64,000 bases of DNA from NCBI GenBank assembly GCA_044892525.1, contig CM097886.1, positions 73,904,001-73,968,000 of the forward strand, read 5' to 3'. Source of the DNA: Schmidtea polychroa (taxonomy: Eukaryota). A program made the translations under genes and the position numbers. Each line of letters starts with the position of its first letter. Position 1 is the first letter of the stretch. Under the pieces are notes generated by a model, which had not been told where the DNA came from, did no database searches, and saw only the letters and a program-made list of their open reading frames with translations. Positions 1-15,200 of the stretch are shown here, piece after piece.

Positions 1-2289
1 ACTGTGTAATGTAACATTTGGATATTTTTACATTAAAAAAGAGAAATCACTTCACCCATTTAATTTGATCAAGACAATTTATTATTTCATGTGATTAATT
101 GATTAACTATATTTATGAGAATACTTCATTAATATTTAAAGCGAATTCATAGTTGATAGTGTTCTATTAGAATTAGCTATTGTTTAAAGTATTGAATCGT
201 AAATGAGAAAACTATGATAAGATCTCGTAAATTAAGTTTTAAGAGATAATGTTAAAAAATTATTTATTTTCTATCTATGAAATATGTTGCTTTTACTAGA
301 TAATACAACCATATTCACAAAAATTGTTGTTATTAAGCATTGTTATTTTTACTTAGTATCATAAATCAGAACATAGAATAAAGTTAATTATTAGAAAAAT
401 AAAACTGAAGGATCTTAGTGACAAATAATCAATAAAAAATAATTCAGAAAAAAAACAAATAATCATTAATAATTATTAATCATTATTTTAATCTGTTTGT
501 TTTCATTTTATAAATTAAATTCCGTTAGTCTTCGAAATAACTTTCACTAACTAAATCAAGAATTTCGAACAAAAATATTGAATCTTGTATATTAAGTCTT
601 GTAATTAAATATTGAATTAAATTATAAAAAATTTTAAAATATAAAAAAAACATTTTCCACTGGCTAATTTCAAGTTCTAACACATATTTATGCACCCCTT
701 TGAGTAAAATCTACCTGTGTATTTTATTTTCAGCTAGGAATTGTTAAATGAAAATATTTATCTATCAGTAAATCAGTAGTTATGATTGACATCACAGAGG
801 AATTCGATTTCTTACAATCCAATGCTACAAAGTTCGATTAACCAACACATTAATACCAAATAAAAATATTAACAAATAGGTGTTATGGGTTCAACAGTAA
901 AATAATAATAATAATTTATTATAAACCAATTATATAACCGAATTTCTTTTTAAGTATTTTTAGTCTTTTATTGTAATTATAATTATTTTTATTACAATAA
1001 GGATTTCGTATTTATTTCAGGTCATAATGTTTTCATTTAAATACATTTTTGAAGCTACTTTAAAATGTTTTTAACTACAAATGATTTCGGGAAAATTTAT
1101 TGTGATTGTAGTAATTTTCTCCTTGTTCCGTTATTTTGATCAATTTTTTTTCATCAAGTTTTGAATATTTTAAAATAATTAATTTTAAATTTAATATTTC
1201 AATTATAAATAATGTTTTTGATGCATTTCTCCTATATTTCCAATAATTTCCAGTAATCTATCATCATTTTCCAAAACTTTTTTCATACACTAAACATTTA
1301 ATTATTTCCACTAAAATAATTATCATTTTAATGCTGAAAAAAGTATATTTGTAGGAATGTTAAAAACACAATTAAAGTTTGATGTGTATATATATATATT
1401 TGTTAATTATATTAAGTTTATAATATAAAACAAGGAATTCATTTATCTTTTTGATCAAAAAGAAAAAAACAATTCATTCTAAATCTGATTCTAATACAAT
1501 GTTTTTGTTGCTCTTCCCTAACAACAAAAAATCTTCAATGTTGATTGGACAGTTTTAGGTTTGTTCTAGGTACAATTTTTCATACTGTTTAAAATTTTTG
1601 GAAGTAATTCTGCTAATTTTGAGCTCTCTGTAGAATTTGGGTCAATCTCAACCAAGTTTTTGAGGCCATTATTTATTACTTTTAATGCTTCAAAAATTTG
1701 TTTAGAAATTGAAATGCGTTCTTTAAGAACTTTATCAATGATCTCTACTTCGTTATTTGTGTTCTCATTTAGAAACATTTCAATCAAATCTTCATTTCTC
1801 ATGTTATCTTCCGCATTGAGTATCTTGTCAATATTTTATTGAAATTTCCAAAAATGTATTTTACATGCAAAAAAAATGAACTTGATTGACAGCTTGATTC
1901 AATAAATTTCAATATGTAGATAGTTGTTTACATGTGTATTATAATTGTATTTCATTCACCTTTTTATTTTAATTGTTTCACAATAACATTTCTTCGATAA
2001 TTCATTAAAATTATTGAGAATTATAAAATAATACAAAATTACAAATAACAACATATCTCAGGGCGAATCAACACAAAGCGAGGTATTGGTGTACCTTAAT
2101 GATTGAAAAAAAATGTTTTTTATTTGATTAATTTTTCTCATGTATTATAGGATTTTCTAAGTGTGCCTCAATGATTAAAAATTGATCTAATAATATTCTC
2201 TTTTCTAGAATATGCAATTGGAAGCACTATATACAGCATTAGAGTTGCATATTAGGATTGGAAATTTCTTAAATCAATATTAGGTAATG

Positions 2290-2960
2290 CGTGAATATTT
2301 CATAAGTGAATAGCATTTCAAAAACAAAATGCAACATTCTAAATCTTTGCTAAACTCCGTTGAATTAAAAACCTCAAGCATATCGGTGTATTGAACTATC
2401 CAATTATATGTCACTTTCATCATCGGATTCAATGTCTGATTCGTTTGGACCAGTAAAAAGACTATCGTAATTAATAATTTGAGCTTTAAAAATACTTTAG
2501 ACACATTCTAACTACATTCTTATCTAACGAAACTCTTCGCATTCTTTCGCTTTTGATGAAAACATTGGCGAATCATCAATTGTTCTAAAAAATGATCTAT
2601 TTTATATTTGGATGATTCAGTCTAGTGTTTGCAAAATCTTTTTTATCCAACCAGAAATCGCGTCAAGTTAAGAATTTTTTCAACTATTTCACTTAAATTA
2701 GAGCAATGCCATAATTGATTTTTTCAATTTATAAATTATATGCCTTTTTTATCTACTAGCTCTTCCTCAATTTATTCGCCCAATTTATCTATGAAAATTC
2801 AGCATTGAATCGTCTCAAAAAATTACTTTTGATATTGTTTTCCCCTTAAATATTACTAACGCCCCAAACTTGACACCATCAGCAGTACAAAACACAAACC
2901 CAGTGACAAATATAATTTTCAAAAAAGGTCCTTCTGGTCCTTTTCATTTACTGCAATAAA
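2290..2960 (-). mobile_element. Degenerate pogo/Tigger-like DDE transposase relic
   Basis: Minus-strand translation at about 2838-2888 gives CTADGVKFGALVIFKGK, resembling the pogo-family C.ADG.KL.P.VIFKGK motif. The surrounding frames are broken by stops. Boundaries are approximate. Confidence 0.4.
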
Positions 2961-3601
2961 ATTTGTTTTGTTTGGAAATAACCTTTCCCTTTCCAACAAA
3001 TAGGAATTTATGTAAAATGGAATTCAATAAATCATTTTTGTTGACAGCTATTTAATTCCAGATTTGTGTCAATTTAACTTTTATGATTATGAAATGTGAT
3101 TCAAAAGTTCTTTATGTTAGATAAAACTCTCGAAACACTTCTATTCTAGGAAAATTTATCATTGTATAAACTCAAGCTTTCGATTTAATTTAATAATTCA
3201 GTCATTTTAGAATCTTACTCATATTTAAGTACATAATTTGGATGTTTCCTGGCATTATTTCCCGAGGAGTTGTATTGGCACGTTCATCTTTATAACAACA
3301 TTAATTTCTAATTTTTACTTTTAATTATGGCCAATTGAGGTCCATTGAGGCTTTTATTATTTTATTCTATAACATTATGAGCTTAAATTGCAATAAATTG
3401 CAATAAATAAATCAAAGGTTACTTTATTTTAAATATAAAGATTAAAATTTTAATTAATCAGCTAAATAGTGCAAACAAATGCGACTTATAAATTTGAAAC
3501 AATAGCGACAAAAAATAATATTTGAGGTGTATATATGCGTTTGATAAAATTTGGTTGTTTTTTATTTGAAATTCTAGGCAAATATAAATAAGTATAATCA
3601 C

Positions 3602-4009
3602 CTTTGAATCAAATAGTACTCCAATTGAAGCAGATTTGATGATGGGTCTTTCACGCATTTCATCATTTTTAAATGAACTACATTTTGACTTATAATTCTT
3701 ATCTTCATCAGATTTTGTGTTTTGCAATACGACAATATTGGCATTTAAACTCATTTCAGTTTGTTGCACGTTGACACCAAATGTTGATTTGTGACCACTT
3801 ACTGAATCGAATTCGGATTTCTAATGAAAGAAAAGTGAAGTAAGAAGAAATTTGACAGAAATCAATGTACTGGACAATTTTCAGGAGGTACTATTGAGAT
3901 TGCGGTTAATATCGAGGTTTGTGAAATATCTTTACTTTCATGATGACCTGGGGATTCTTCTGTGGAAATGTCAATATTTTTTGAATCAATTGATTCCTGC
4001 TTAGAAGTC
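3602..4009 (-). CDS. Two in-frame internal exons of an unidentified host gene (4009-3871 and 3820-3602)
   Basis: AG/GT-bounded exons of 139 and 219 bp are joined by a 50-bp GT-AG intron and give an open frame TSKQESIDSK...PENCP/KSEFDSV...GVLFDSK. No family was recognised. Confidence 0.45.
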
Positions 4010-5879
4010 CTAGAAAATTGGAATATGCAATTTTCTAAGCGTTATAAATCATAAAATTTATATTTAAAATATTGGTGTGCATTTAAAAATATCATAAAAA
4101 GAAGCAATAAAATAGCTTCAAAATTATCAGCAGTTGCATTTATTCCTAAAAATCAATACATTTTTTCTAGTGTAAGTGTAAAAAGAAAATTCTCAAAAAT
4201 TAAAACGTAAAATCAAATAACTTAAGCATTTCAGTATTTAAGCAATTGCTGTAATTGAGTAAAAAAAATTCGGATTTTAATTAGCATAAATTATAAACAA
4301 ATGGATTTGACAGTAAAAGCAACAACATACTGCTACTTCCCTTAATAAATTAGAAATTCTGCAAAAGTTGTGTATGTATGTAGAAAAATAAGTGAAAAAG
4401 GTATACTTATTATGTAAATGGATAAGATTATTTATATAGTTTATAATAAAAATGGAAAGTATTGTAAAGTAAATTAATCAAAAATGAATACGACAATGAT
4501 TCATTAAAAATTTTGTATCTATACAGATTTATTAATGAAAATTGAGAGGAATTAAATTGCTGCTCTTTTTAAAACGATACATTTAAATTTATATAATATT
4601 ATTTTAAACAGTTGAAATTGTCAATTTTGGCTTTATAAACACTCACAAAGTAAAACAGCAAGAAACAGTTTTGTTACCGCAGGTAACCAATGGTCAAGGA
4701 GTAAAAAATCTTTTTAAAATCATAAACATTAACAGGTGTTATATTTAAGATTTCACTACAAATAATTAAAGACATATCGAACGGAAAGATATGAAGCTAA
4801 TCTTTTAGCGCCAAATTAGGGTGGGAAATTAAAAGTTCTACTCCAAAGTACACACAGATGATAACAATCTAATGCTGACAAAGATATTTTTAATGTGTAT
4901 AAAATATCTAACTAGACATCACAATCTTCTAAATCCAAATCTAATCAAAGGCAAGTTTTTAATTGCGCTTCAATACTATGAAGAGGTTCAAGAAAATGTG
5001 TAAGCTAGAAGAAAAGTATGAATCTAACAGACGATGGTTCATATTTCCATAACCTAAAATTGTAGGTTGTAGAAACTAATGCTGATATATAACTTTGCTA
5101 AAAATTATGGATAAATACGATTACACAATTACGATTACACATTTAAGACTTTCAGAGCAAGAAAAAAGAATTCAACGTGTCGCTTCAGAACTTCTTAATT
5201 ATCACCTCTGAATTATTTTGGATCTCTTTTGGTGTTAGTATTTTCATTTTTCAATGCTCGTAATAGGTTTAGTTTGAGAAAATGAAAATATTTAAATATA
5301 TAATGAATATCATAAATTTGATAACAGTATATTTTGATTAAATAATTTAAACAAATGAAACTATTTCTTAGGAAATTTAGACGAAAATATTATAATTTGT
5401 GCTCAAAGAATGAAAATATAATTAATTTACTTGTCAATTAAAAATATTTCAATGATTCGTTTAGGTAATATTCATAAAATATAGGCGGCTTAGATTTAAT
5501 TATAAGAATAATAATCTATATAATCTTGTAATATTTAGGCTTATTAGTTACATTATTTACTTCACGTAAATTAATAGTTTTTGTTAGTTTGAATACCAGT
5601 GGTTGTAGAATTCCAAATTGGTATTTAAAACTAAAAAAGATAAATACATGCTGCGTTAAAATATTTGTTTACGAAATTTATATATCGGAACAATCACAGC
5701 CACTTTCAACACATCGCAGATTCAAAACAGGAGGGGTCTGTAAACTAATCTGTCAATTTATTTGAATAGTTTCATAAAACAAATAATAAGTAATAAATAT
5801 TTTAATATATAAATATAATTCTAGATAATGATGTGATAAATATTTATTTTAATTAAAGAGATTTAGGTTATTTTGCAAA

Positions 5880-6330
5880 AAATTTATCATTATTGTGAAG
5901 CTTTACTTGAAGACTACTGTGTCGAAAATCATGAAGTAAATAACTGGATAGTGACAATTCAATATAAAATTTACAGGGAAGTTCTAGGGAAAAATTATAT
6001 ATACGGACGCAGAAAATCAATCAAGAAAAGTTTATTATAAGCCCGATTGTGTAATGGCTCACGACAGTTACTATGAATAAAATATATGACTTGGGTTTTG
6101 AATTGGTTACTCATCCATCATATTTCTCATACTTAACCTCATACGATGTACATTTCCGGACTAAAAATTTACATAATTGGGAAAAAATTTTAATTGCACC
6201 TCGAAGTGCTTGTTGCAGCCAATGACTATTTTAATAGTTTCAAATATATTTTTATGATGCCAAAAAAAATTGAAAAATTGTTATGCTTAAACGAGGCTTG
6301 CCTTTCCACTAAACTTTTCAAACTACTCAA
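5880..6330 (+). mobile_element. Degenerate mariner transposase C-terminal relic
   Basis: Translation TMNKIYDLGFELVTHPSY...SYD resembles the mariner HELGFELLPHPPYSPDLAPSD motif. It ends in a mariner-like right-end sequence (aaacttttcaaactac). Boundaries are approximate. Confidence 0.6.
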
Positions 6331-6947
6331 ATAATTCTTAAGTAATGTTTTTTATTATATTTTTTCCTTTTCCAATTTTTTATTTCAGGTAAAAAAATTA
6401 TAAGTAAAATTGTCATCTTATAAGGAAAATATAATGAGTATAATGAGTCCAGTCCAGTAATTGAATTGCACCACGTATATTATTTACAAATTACAATCTT
6501 CGAATTTAAAAAAATACTAGATTCATCAACTTTTTCAAATTTTAATCAAGGAATTATAATTAATTCAAATAAAATAAATAAAAACATTTTCATACAGATT
6601 TTAGTTAATTAAAAATAACTATAAAAACCATTAAAAAATTTCTCTAAAAGATACATTGATATTTAATTCTTCAGAAAGTGGGAATCGAGTAAATCCATTA
6701 GTTTTATCATATAGATAATTATTTGTGTCTACAAAATAAGTAAAATTAATTTACCAAGATTCACTTAATTTATTATAGAACTTATTAGATAAATCGCAGT
6801 CCGTTTAATATAAATTTCAGTGTTGAAACAAGTTGATTTTATGTAATGAAAATTAATCAGTGTCGAAAAATAATAAATCATTTGAGAAGTATATTCAAAG
6901 ATTTAACTTAGCGAAATATAATTTTTATTGTTATAATAGGAAGCAAT

Positions 6948-7202
6948 CAGTGGCGTAACTAGTGGACGCAGGACCCTGCTTTACGGGGGTCCACCAGCTA
7001 TAGGGGGCCCAAAATTATTACTAAAAAAATATTTACAATCATTTTCTGAAACTTTTTCCCCACAGTTATATTTGCCTACAAACATAAACTATCATTGAAT
7101 AGCGGCTGCTGTGAATAACTATGTATTAAACTTTAACCGAAAAATATAAGTGGAAATATTTTACATTGCGTGGGGGGCCCAAATTTTGAAGTTCCGCCAC
7201 TG
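6948..7202. mobile_element. Non-autonomous hAT-type MITE (255 bp)
   Basis: 13-bp TIRs CAGTGGCGTAACT / AGTTCCGCCACTG (one mismatch) and a perfect 8-bp TSD GAAGCAAT at 6940-6947 and 7203-7210. Confidence 0.9.
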
Positions 7203-8509
7203 GAAGCAATAATAAAAATATCACAGAAAATAAAAATTTCATACCCAAGATGCAAAACAATCAAGGTAAATACATGTTTTACAAAAAAAAATCAGAGGAA
7301 GAAATATACTTACTATTTCCAGAAGCTGTCTGGAAGTATCTAAGATGACAAAAAAAGAGGTTAGTTAAAAGATTCAAATAAACAGTTAATTGTTTAACTC
7401 ATTTATGCTTAATTTGAAATTACTTTAAAAATATTAATATTATTACTTCTTTCAAAAGGTGAATAAATTATTTAATGATATTTAAAAAACCAATAATCAC
7501 TTACATTTGCATAAATTTTAACCCTAAACAAAAATATAATCCAATCTAAATTATCACATAAAATATTAGAGAAAATAATAGATCCAATGATCCGTTTATT
7601 TATGTATTGTTAATTTTTATATTTTGAATAAACCTGTAGCGCACAATTCACATTTACTTGCAGTTTGCAAATCTAATTAGGCATGAAAATGCATTTTCAA
7701 CATTTCATTATTAAATCGATTAATTTCAAATAAAACAAAAATTATTTGTGGTGAAGGTTCAATTTTGAATTTAATAAAAGTTTAATATTGTATAACTTAT
7801 CAGTTTAAATGTTCTAGTAGCATGAGTTTATGGCCCTCAAAATAAGGTTCTGAATTGAAATTTCTTACGAATTTGTAAAGCAGAATAAGATATAGTTGTA
7901 AAAAGTAAATAAGAAATTGAGTACTCAATTGACAGCGGTTCTGACAAAAAAATAGATTAATAATGAGCAAATGATAATGTGAAAACTAATTTGCACATCT
8001 TTTAAGACTATAATTAAGACTGTAAAAAAATACTAAAAAATTATTACCTTAACCTTATTTGTTAATTTTTTGATACATTACCCGGAAGTTTTTTAACTAT
8101 TATGGATAATAATTTTGAATTTTTTGAATTTTTAAGAATTCAGAACATATATGTATTCTGATTATAAATTACAATTTGTGTAAAAAATGTGAAAATATCA
8201 AATACCAGTTTTTGACACAGATTTTTAAAATACTTTTAGTTTGTAATTACGTTGTGTATGCTATAATTTTTCTGTATTGTGAATGAATGACTATCTATCA
8301 ATAGCATATAAATTTTCAGTCTTAAGTGAATAATGTTAATATATTTTATACAATTTAATATTTTTTTCAGCACTTATTTCCGCATAATTAACATCCAAAC
8401 AAAACACCTATACAACATTTTGGCAAACGAATATTGGCATAAGTATTATTTATCAAATTTGATGGCAACTATTGATAGAGTAATAAATGCAAAAAAATGA
8501 AATTATTAA

Positions 8510-8694
8510 CCGTTTGCGGACGGTAGGCCAGCACTGCTGGCCACGAATTTTGTTCCAGACGTTCTACAATGTATAATGGCCAGTTGTGCTGGCCAAACTT
8601 AAAAAAATCATACCGCGATATCGGGCATTCGTATACTAAAAAATTTTACTCTTAAATAACACTACTTATTAAAATTAATTCAGTCCGCAAACGG
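8510..8694. mobile_element. piggyBac-like MITE (185 bp)
   Basis: Perfect 12-bp TIRs CCGTTTGCGGAC / GTCCGCAAACGG, flanked by TTAA on both sides (8506-8509 and 8695-8698). Confidence 0.85.
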
Positions 8695-9939
8695 TTAACA
8701 ATTCAATGCATAATAAATGGTAAAAAAAATCTTAAATTAAATAGATCAAGTTACATTTTCGAAACTTATTTTGGTCAAAAATAAAGCAAGCTTGCTTTCT
8801 GAAATTTGAAACCAAATTAATGAAATGTGAAAATCGTTTTTGTTCTTAATGCACAAATAAATATTACTGTCAAACATCAATAGCGTGTCGATGTTACAGC
8901 TTTATATTAAGATGATGAAAATGGCAATTAAAAAACCTTTATTCCTAATAAATATTGAAATTCTTAATTTCTAACCCTCTAATTTTCAATATCACCTTCA
9001 TACTGATACGTATGAATAGATTTTGCTGCAATATCTCTGCGTGTAAACTGGGGACTTTATAAAGAACAACTTAAATACTTCGATCTAGCTATACAGTTTT
9101 TGATTTACCTTAGATGTCACACTTAAACTTAAATTGGACGTAATATTTTGTCAAAAAAAAATAATTGGACACTGAAAAATCACTTTTTTATAACGAAGCA
9201 ACTAATTTCCAAAACCAAATTTAAAAACAACCAAGTGAAAAAAAAGCTAAATAAAGATAGATTATCCCAATTGTAATAAATTGTAAAAGAATCATATTAA
9301 AATGAAAAATCAAAGTTTAAGAATATATAATTAAAAATCATAAAGAATAATTATACTCTAAAAATATATTTAAATAAATTTATAATTATTATTTTTATTA
9401 TAAATAATAAAATTTATTACTTCATCAAATTTTAAAAATATTTATATTCCTAATATCTGTTTTATTGATATTGATTTAAGGATCAACTTTTATTGAAAAA
9501 TATTTTATTATTATTTAAATTTATTTTTTGATGTATGGAAAATTGAGAAATATTACAATACAAATGTATCTGACATAGAAAAACTACAAAATAAAAAATA
9601 TGACAAAATTTACGTAATATTGAAGGCAAAGAAAATATTCTAATTATTTTTACAAGTTAAATTGTGCAATGATTAATGAATTTCAAAAGAATAACTTATT
9701 ATAAATTGATTGAGAAAGATTGAGAAATTTTAGAAATTTAAAGTAGCGTGGAATTTTGAAAAAAAGTAACGGGAAAAGATTGATTTACAAATAAAAATTA
9801 AATTGAATAACAAATTTTTACTAAAGAATGATATTTTAAAATATTATACTGCATAATAAGTGTAGTAATCAATTATAACATGAACTGGGTTAAAAATTTG
9901 GAGTAAAATGAATTTTATGATAAAAACAAAAAAAAAATT

Positions 9940-10310
9940 TAAGAATTCATCCTAACAGTAATAATACAAATACTTTTGAATTAATAAAATCAACATTGGG
10001 CTGGATTACGAGGATTTAACGTAAGCATTTTTGCATTTAGAAGGTATGGAAATGGCAAGTCTCATATATTGTTTGGAATTAAATCCGATGAATTAACTTG
10101 TTACATAACTAATTACATTTATGGTGAACTTCAAAAACAAATACCAAAGAATAAAAATTTGAAAAATTTTTATTGGTTGAATTATAGATATGACTCTTAA
10201 AAATTAAGAATGTGAAATAAATGTTGAAATTGGCTTTTTGTTCGAGACATTTCAAAGTTCGCTCAATCACAGAACAATTTGTCTATCAGAAAGTTACGTT
10301 TTAAAAATTA
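9940..10310 (+). pseudogene. Possible kinesin motor-domain pseudogene fragment
   Basis: Translation ...TFELIKSTLGWITR/GFNVSIFAFRRYGNGKSHILFG...YRYDS*KLRM*NKC*NWLFVRDISKF resembles kinesin GYNV.IFAYGQTGSGKT and YDLL...GVFV.DLS. It needs one frameshift and has three in-frame stops. Confidence 0.33.
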
Positions 10311-10386
10311 AAATGAAATAGAATTATTTAATTAAAATTTGTAAATTGGAAGAAATTGAATAGCTATCATTAGACTAAATTAAGTA

Positions 10387-10570
10387 CAGTAAACTCTCTA
10401 TTATGTATACTCTTTTTGCGCTTAGNNNNNNNNNNNNNNNNNNNNNNNNNNNNNNNNNNNNNNNNNNNNNNNNNNNNNNNNNNNNNNNNNNNNNNNNNNN
10501 NNNNNNNNNNNNNNNNNNNNNNNNNNNNNNNNNNNNNNNNNNNNNNNNNNNNNNNNNNNGGAGTTTACTG
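10387..10570. mobile_element. Tc1/mariner-pogo (Tigger-like) element spanning the assembly gap
   Basis: TA-CAGTAAACTC ... GAGTTTACTG-TA: 10-bp TIRs with TA target duplication on either side of the N run. Confidence 0.7.
10426..10559. other. Assembly gap (134 N)
   Basis: Run of n characters. Confidence 1.
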
Positions 10571-11997
10571 TATTGTAGTGAAACGAATCTTTTAAGAATC
10601 ACTATGCTATTGAAACACAGCTTGACACATTCCATGAATAATTTTTAAAAAAAGATAATTTCTCTCAAATTATCGAAATTTGCCATTCATTATAGCGCCT
10701 GAATATGTTTAAATGAATAAAAGTCATTCATTTCGCAGAAAATATTTTCTGAAAAGTAGATTATATTTGTGAAATAATGTATGAACATTGTAAATGAATT
10801 GCGTACCGAGTTATTTTATTGAAAATTCTAATGATTTCAAAATGGAAATAAGTAACTTCATTTCTTCAGCGTCAGATGATAATAATTATCCAACATCTTG
10901 ATAAAATATATTTGTGAAGTTTTGAATTACGTTTGTGTAATAATTCAAAAATAAACGAGTTGAATACATAAAACACTTTCAACTTAAAATGACCTTATAT
11001 ACGTTCTTAAAAACCTGATGCGATTGAATCGCCGGGACACCATCTATTTTAATCTTTTTAAAGAGTAATTAAGTTTCATTTAAAATTTTGAATACATGAA
11101 GTTTTAATGTACTTAGAAATTTGAATGTTAGAATATATTTTTAAGATTTAAACTAGATTGGCCCATGAATTCGGTCGAGAAGAATTATCAAGCGACGATT
11201 GTGAAATTATTGCTAATTCAATTCATGAGGAAGAAGAATTCATTACAATAAAGATCCCGAATCTCCAACTATTTAATTTGGTGATGAAAGTGATTTCGTA
11301 CCAGTTTACAAACGAATCCAAGTAGTGCCAAATAGATAAGAATAATTGTGATTTAAAAATGTAATCTTTTCTTTCAAATTACATGCATAAACATTTTTAT
11401 AATTGGAATATATCCAGTACAAAAAAAGAATTTGGCGTAAATAAAAAAATTAATATAAATGTGCAAAAATGGTTATAGGTTTGAAAATGTCCTTCTTATG
11501 TCCCAGTATCCTGAAAGGAAATGATACAAAAAAATTATTAGTAAGTAGCTCATTTATAATAATATAATAAAATCGTTAAAAATAGCGAAATCTATAAAAA
11601 AAATAATGCTTATTAATTAGAGAAACTAATATGAAATAAAGTAACAGAAATAATAGAAAAAGAAACCATTAAATATTTAATAAATAGTGAAACATCGGTT
11701 ATATTAACTAAAGTATCATCAATTGATAACTATTTTCAAATTCTTAATTTTTTTAACTAAATTCTAAGTCCATATAATCGATGTTTCACTGAAATTAGCA
11801 AATGAAATATATAAAAACAAATTATTAAATTAATAAACTTGATAACATCTTACCAAAACGAAAATATCAACCGAAAAATTAATGTTTCAAATAAATTTTT
11901 CCCATCAATTGAAAATTAAAATGTTTCTTATTGGTTAAAAAATAATAGAAAAATAATGATTGCCCCGATATGAAATTCAAATCAATAATATCATTAC

Positions 11998-12201
11998 CTA
12001 TAATTGATATCATTTTCAGAAATTGGTAGACCCTCAATTGGAAAAGACTTAATAGAAATATTTTCCGATTCGCTCATTTTCATACCATTACATCGACAAT
12101 AATAATATGGGACAGACAAATAACGATTTCCGTGATCACGACTATGATTATTGCAACGGCATTTTGAAATCGGCATATCACATGAAAATTCGATAAGTGC
12201 G
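11998..12201 (-). CDS. Possible symmetric (phase 2-2) internal exon, unknown gene
   Basis: A 204-bp open frame (ALIEFSCDMPISKCRCNNHS...DINY) bounded by caatag| and |gtaatg on the minus strand. Confidence 0.3.
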
Positions 12202-15200
12202 CTATTGATTTGTTCAGAAAACAAAAAAAAATGAATATTCGTTATTTATAAAAAGCAATAATGAATGACTGTGGGCTTGATAAATTTATCGCTTAACCAA
12301 TTATCAAACGAAAGAGTGAGATTATAGAAATATTCACAAACCAACTCGAATATATTTACAGTCGAAATTTATAATAAGTTATTCTTTTGAAATTCATTAA
12401 TCATTGACTGTATTCAGAAAACCTGTGCAAATCGAAGTGGAAGAAAAATTTATCTTATTCCGAATCCAAGCAAGCGCACGGTGTAAAATATACAGATGGC
12501 TGTGTATTACATAAGCCGCTATCAAAATATGACATACAAACACAACCCTGAACTTAGGGAAATGAAAATACATCAACCACCACAGAAAACTGATTTAAGA
12601 TGGGGTGAAAATAAATAAATTTAAAAGATTTTTATTTATCAAATCACATACGAAGTAACTTCATGTATCGCTTTCAAAATGTCGATGGTTACATTAATTT
12701 TATTAGGAATTTTTTGAAAGGTTTAAAAATTAACTGTTTTATACAAATGTAATAAATCGTAATCTGATTTTTCTCTATAGATCTTTTCTTGATACTTTCT
12801 TTGGTAAAATGATTTATTTTTAATTTAAATTCAAAATATAAATAAAAATAAACGAAAATAAAAAATATTATTGATATTTTACAAAAATTTTTATTATTTT
12901 AAAAAAGCATCGTGCTACCTCAGGACAACGTTCATTGTGTTACACATCATTGATTATATATAAACACATTTATTTTATCTCACCGCCTTTTTCTTAATCG
13001 TTTTTCTTTCGTTTTCCTTAGAAAAATCCCACCTCAAGCATAAATGCCATCCCATCCTTATCTCAAAGTTCCGTCTTACTTATTTCTTTAGTTTATCTTT
13101 ACATTATAGTCAGCTAGTGTGTTTTATCTAGTTGCTTTGCATTTACTAGCGCGCCTCTGCATATCTGCTATAACTGAAATTAATCTAAATCTTACTGTTT
13201 TTGTTACTACTACTACAATGTGTCTTTGATGCACATGATAAGTTTGAATAAATTACCCTGACATAATATAAACTTTGTTGTACAGATTGCATTTGTTATT
13301 CCTTTATTACAAAACCCAATAGGAAAAGAAGTAGGACCTAAAATTTGAATATGCTTCAGAGACATATTGTAGTAAGATTGGCAATAGCTTCAAATCAAGA
13401 ATGATTGGAACAGTTTATTGATGTTATTATTAAATATGAACTTTTATAATAAGATAAATTACTTTGTTCACAAAGTTTAATAATTATAAATGATAAAAAC
13501 TTGAATATGCTTATTTTTTGTTCAGTAGCACAAATTGAATTTGTTTGTCAACAAAGACAATTTCATATTTTTATTAATAACTAAGTTTTATTATTGTAAG
13601 TCAATATATCCTCTGGAAAATAAATAGTTCTTGAACATTTTTTCACTTGATTCTTTTTTTCCAAATTAATATAATAAATTTATTTTACTTATTTTTATAA
13701 ACATTTTTATATCTTTTTTAAAAATATCATATGCGCGCATTAAAATGTAGTTATTATTTTTTATTTTTATTAATAATATTATTATTTTGAAAATATTAAC
13801 TTACTGTTCAATTGTAAACTGGTTTTCAGTTGATAAATTGTCATCGTCATTATCTTGAAATTGTTTGTATTTGTTATGTGATTTTTGTACAGGAGATTTT
13901 ATAAAGTTTTTCAAACGGTCTAAATAAATAATTCCAACATAAATTATAGGTTTTGAATATTCAAATTTAAATGTTATTAACTGAAGTTATTTGTTTCAGT
14001 TGGCCCATATCCGAAATGTTTTAAATTTCATAGAATTTTAAAACAAAGATATAAATTACATAAAAATATTAAAACATTTATCGATTTGTATTATTTTCAA
14101 CACCATTGTCATAATGAAGACATTGGCATTTTCCAAAAATTGGCTAACATTAATGTTAGTCATTAATATTTAGTTTGTTCGCATATTTTATTAGTGTTGA
14201 TTCCAAAAAATTCCCGGAAAAATAAAATTCATCGCTTGATTCAAAAGTAATCAATATTATTCAAGTCCTTATCTTCTTACATGATTTCAATTTCAAAATT
14301 TTTATGGATGTTATCTACGAGGATTGTTAGTGTATTGATTTTATTGGATTGTTAGTACCTGAATGGGCATGTGTAGCAGGACTGTATAAATGTTGGGTTT
14401 CTTAGTATTAGCCATGCATATTTACCATTGTATTTGTCTTGTGGTATATAAATTGGTAAATTTGTGTTTCAAGTTGATTACGTATTCTTGTGGTATCAAC
14501 TGAAGTTTAATATTCAAAATTAAATCTGTTTTGTCTATTTTATATTATAAAAAATTTTAATATTAAAAATTCACTTTGAAATAAGAATTTTTAAAAAATC
14601 ATTAAAGTAAAAATAAGAAATAAGACCATCCACGAAAAACTAATCCTCTCGCCATATTTCGCTTGTATTTATATTCACAATAGCTCTCGGGAGTAATATA
14701 AAGACTACTATCAGTCGCTTTTATGTATATTTCAGTTTGAGTCTTTTTATTTCCGTTGATAAAGCAGATCCAAAAACGGTATTATAAATATTTTTCTTCG
14801 CGCGTAAATTTAATATTCATATGCAAATTATTCATATAATCTAAGGAAGACCTTACATTCTCATGATACTTGCACAGGTTTATCTGGAGGTAATGATCAT
14901 ATTGATGTTGAAGTTAATACGTTGTCCGGAAGATGTTCGGAAGATGAAAAAAATTCGATCTAAGCACACTGATCAAAAATACTTTTGGTATTACCTTATT
15001 CTGATTCTGAGGGCTTCAGAGAATTCAAGCATAAGATCCTTAAACATGTCGAAAAGACTATTTAGAATTGTTTCAAAGTCTTGCAACGTTTGTAGCATGT
15101 TCACTAATATGTTTCGAACTCCATTTAGTTGGCGATTTTCAATTATATATAAAACTTTTTTTACTGCTAATTCCTCGATAATATCATCAAAATTTTAAGA

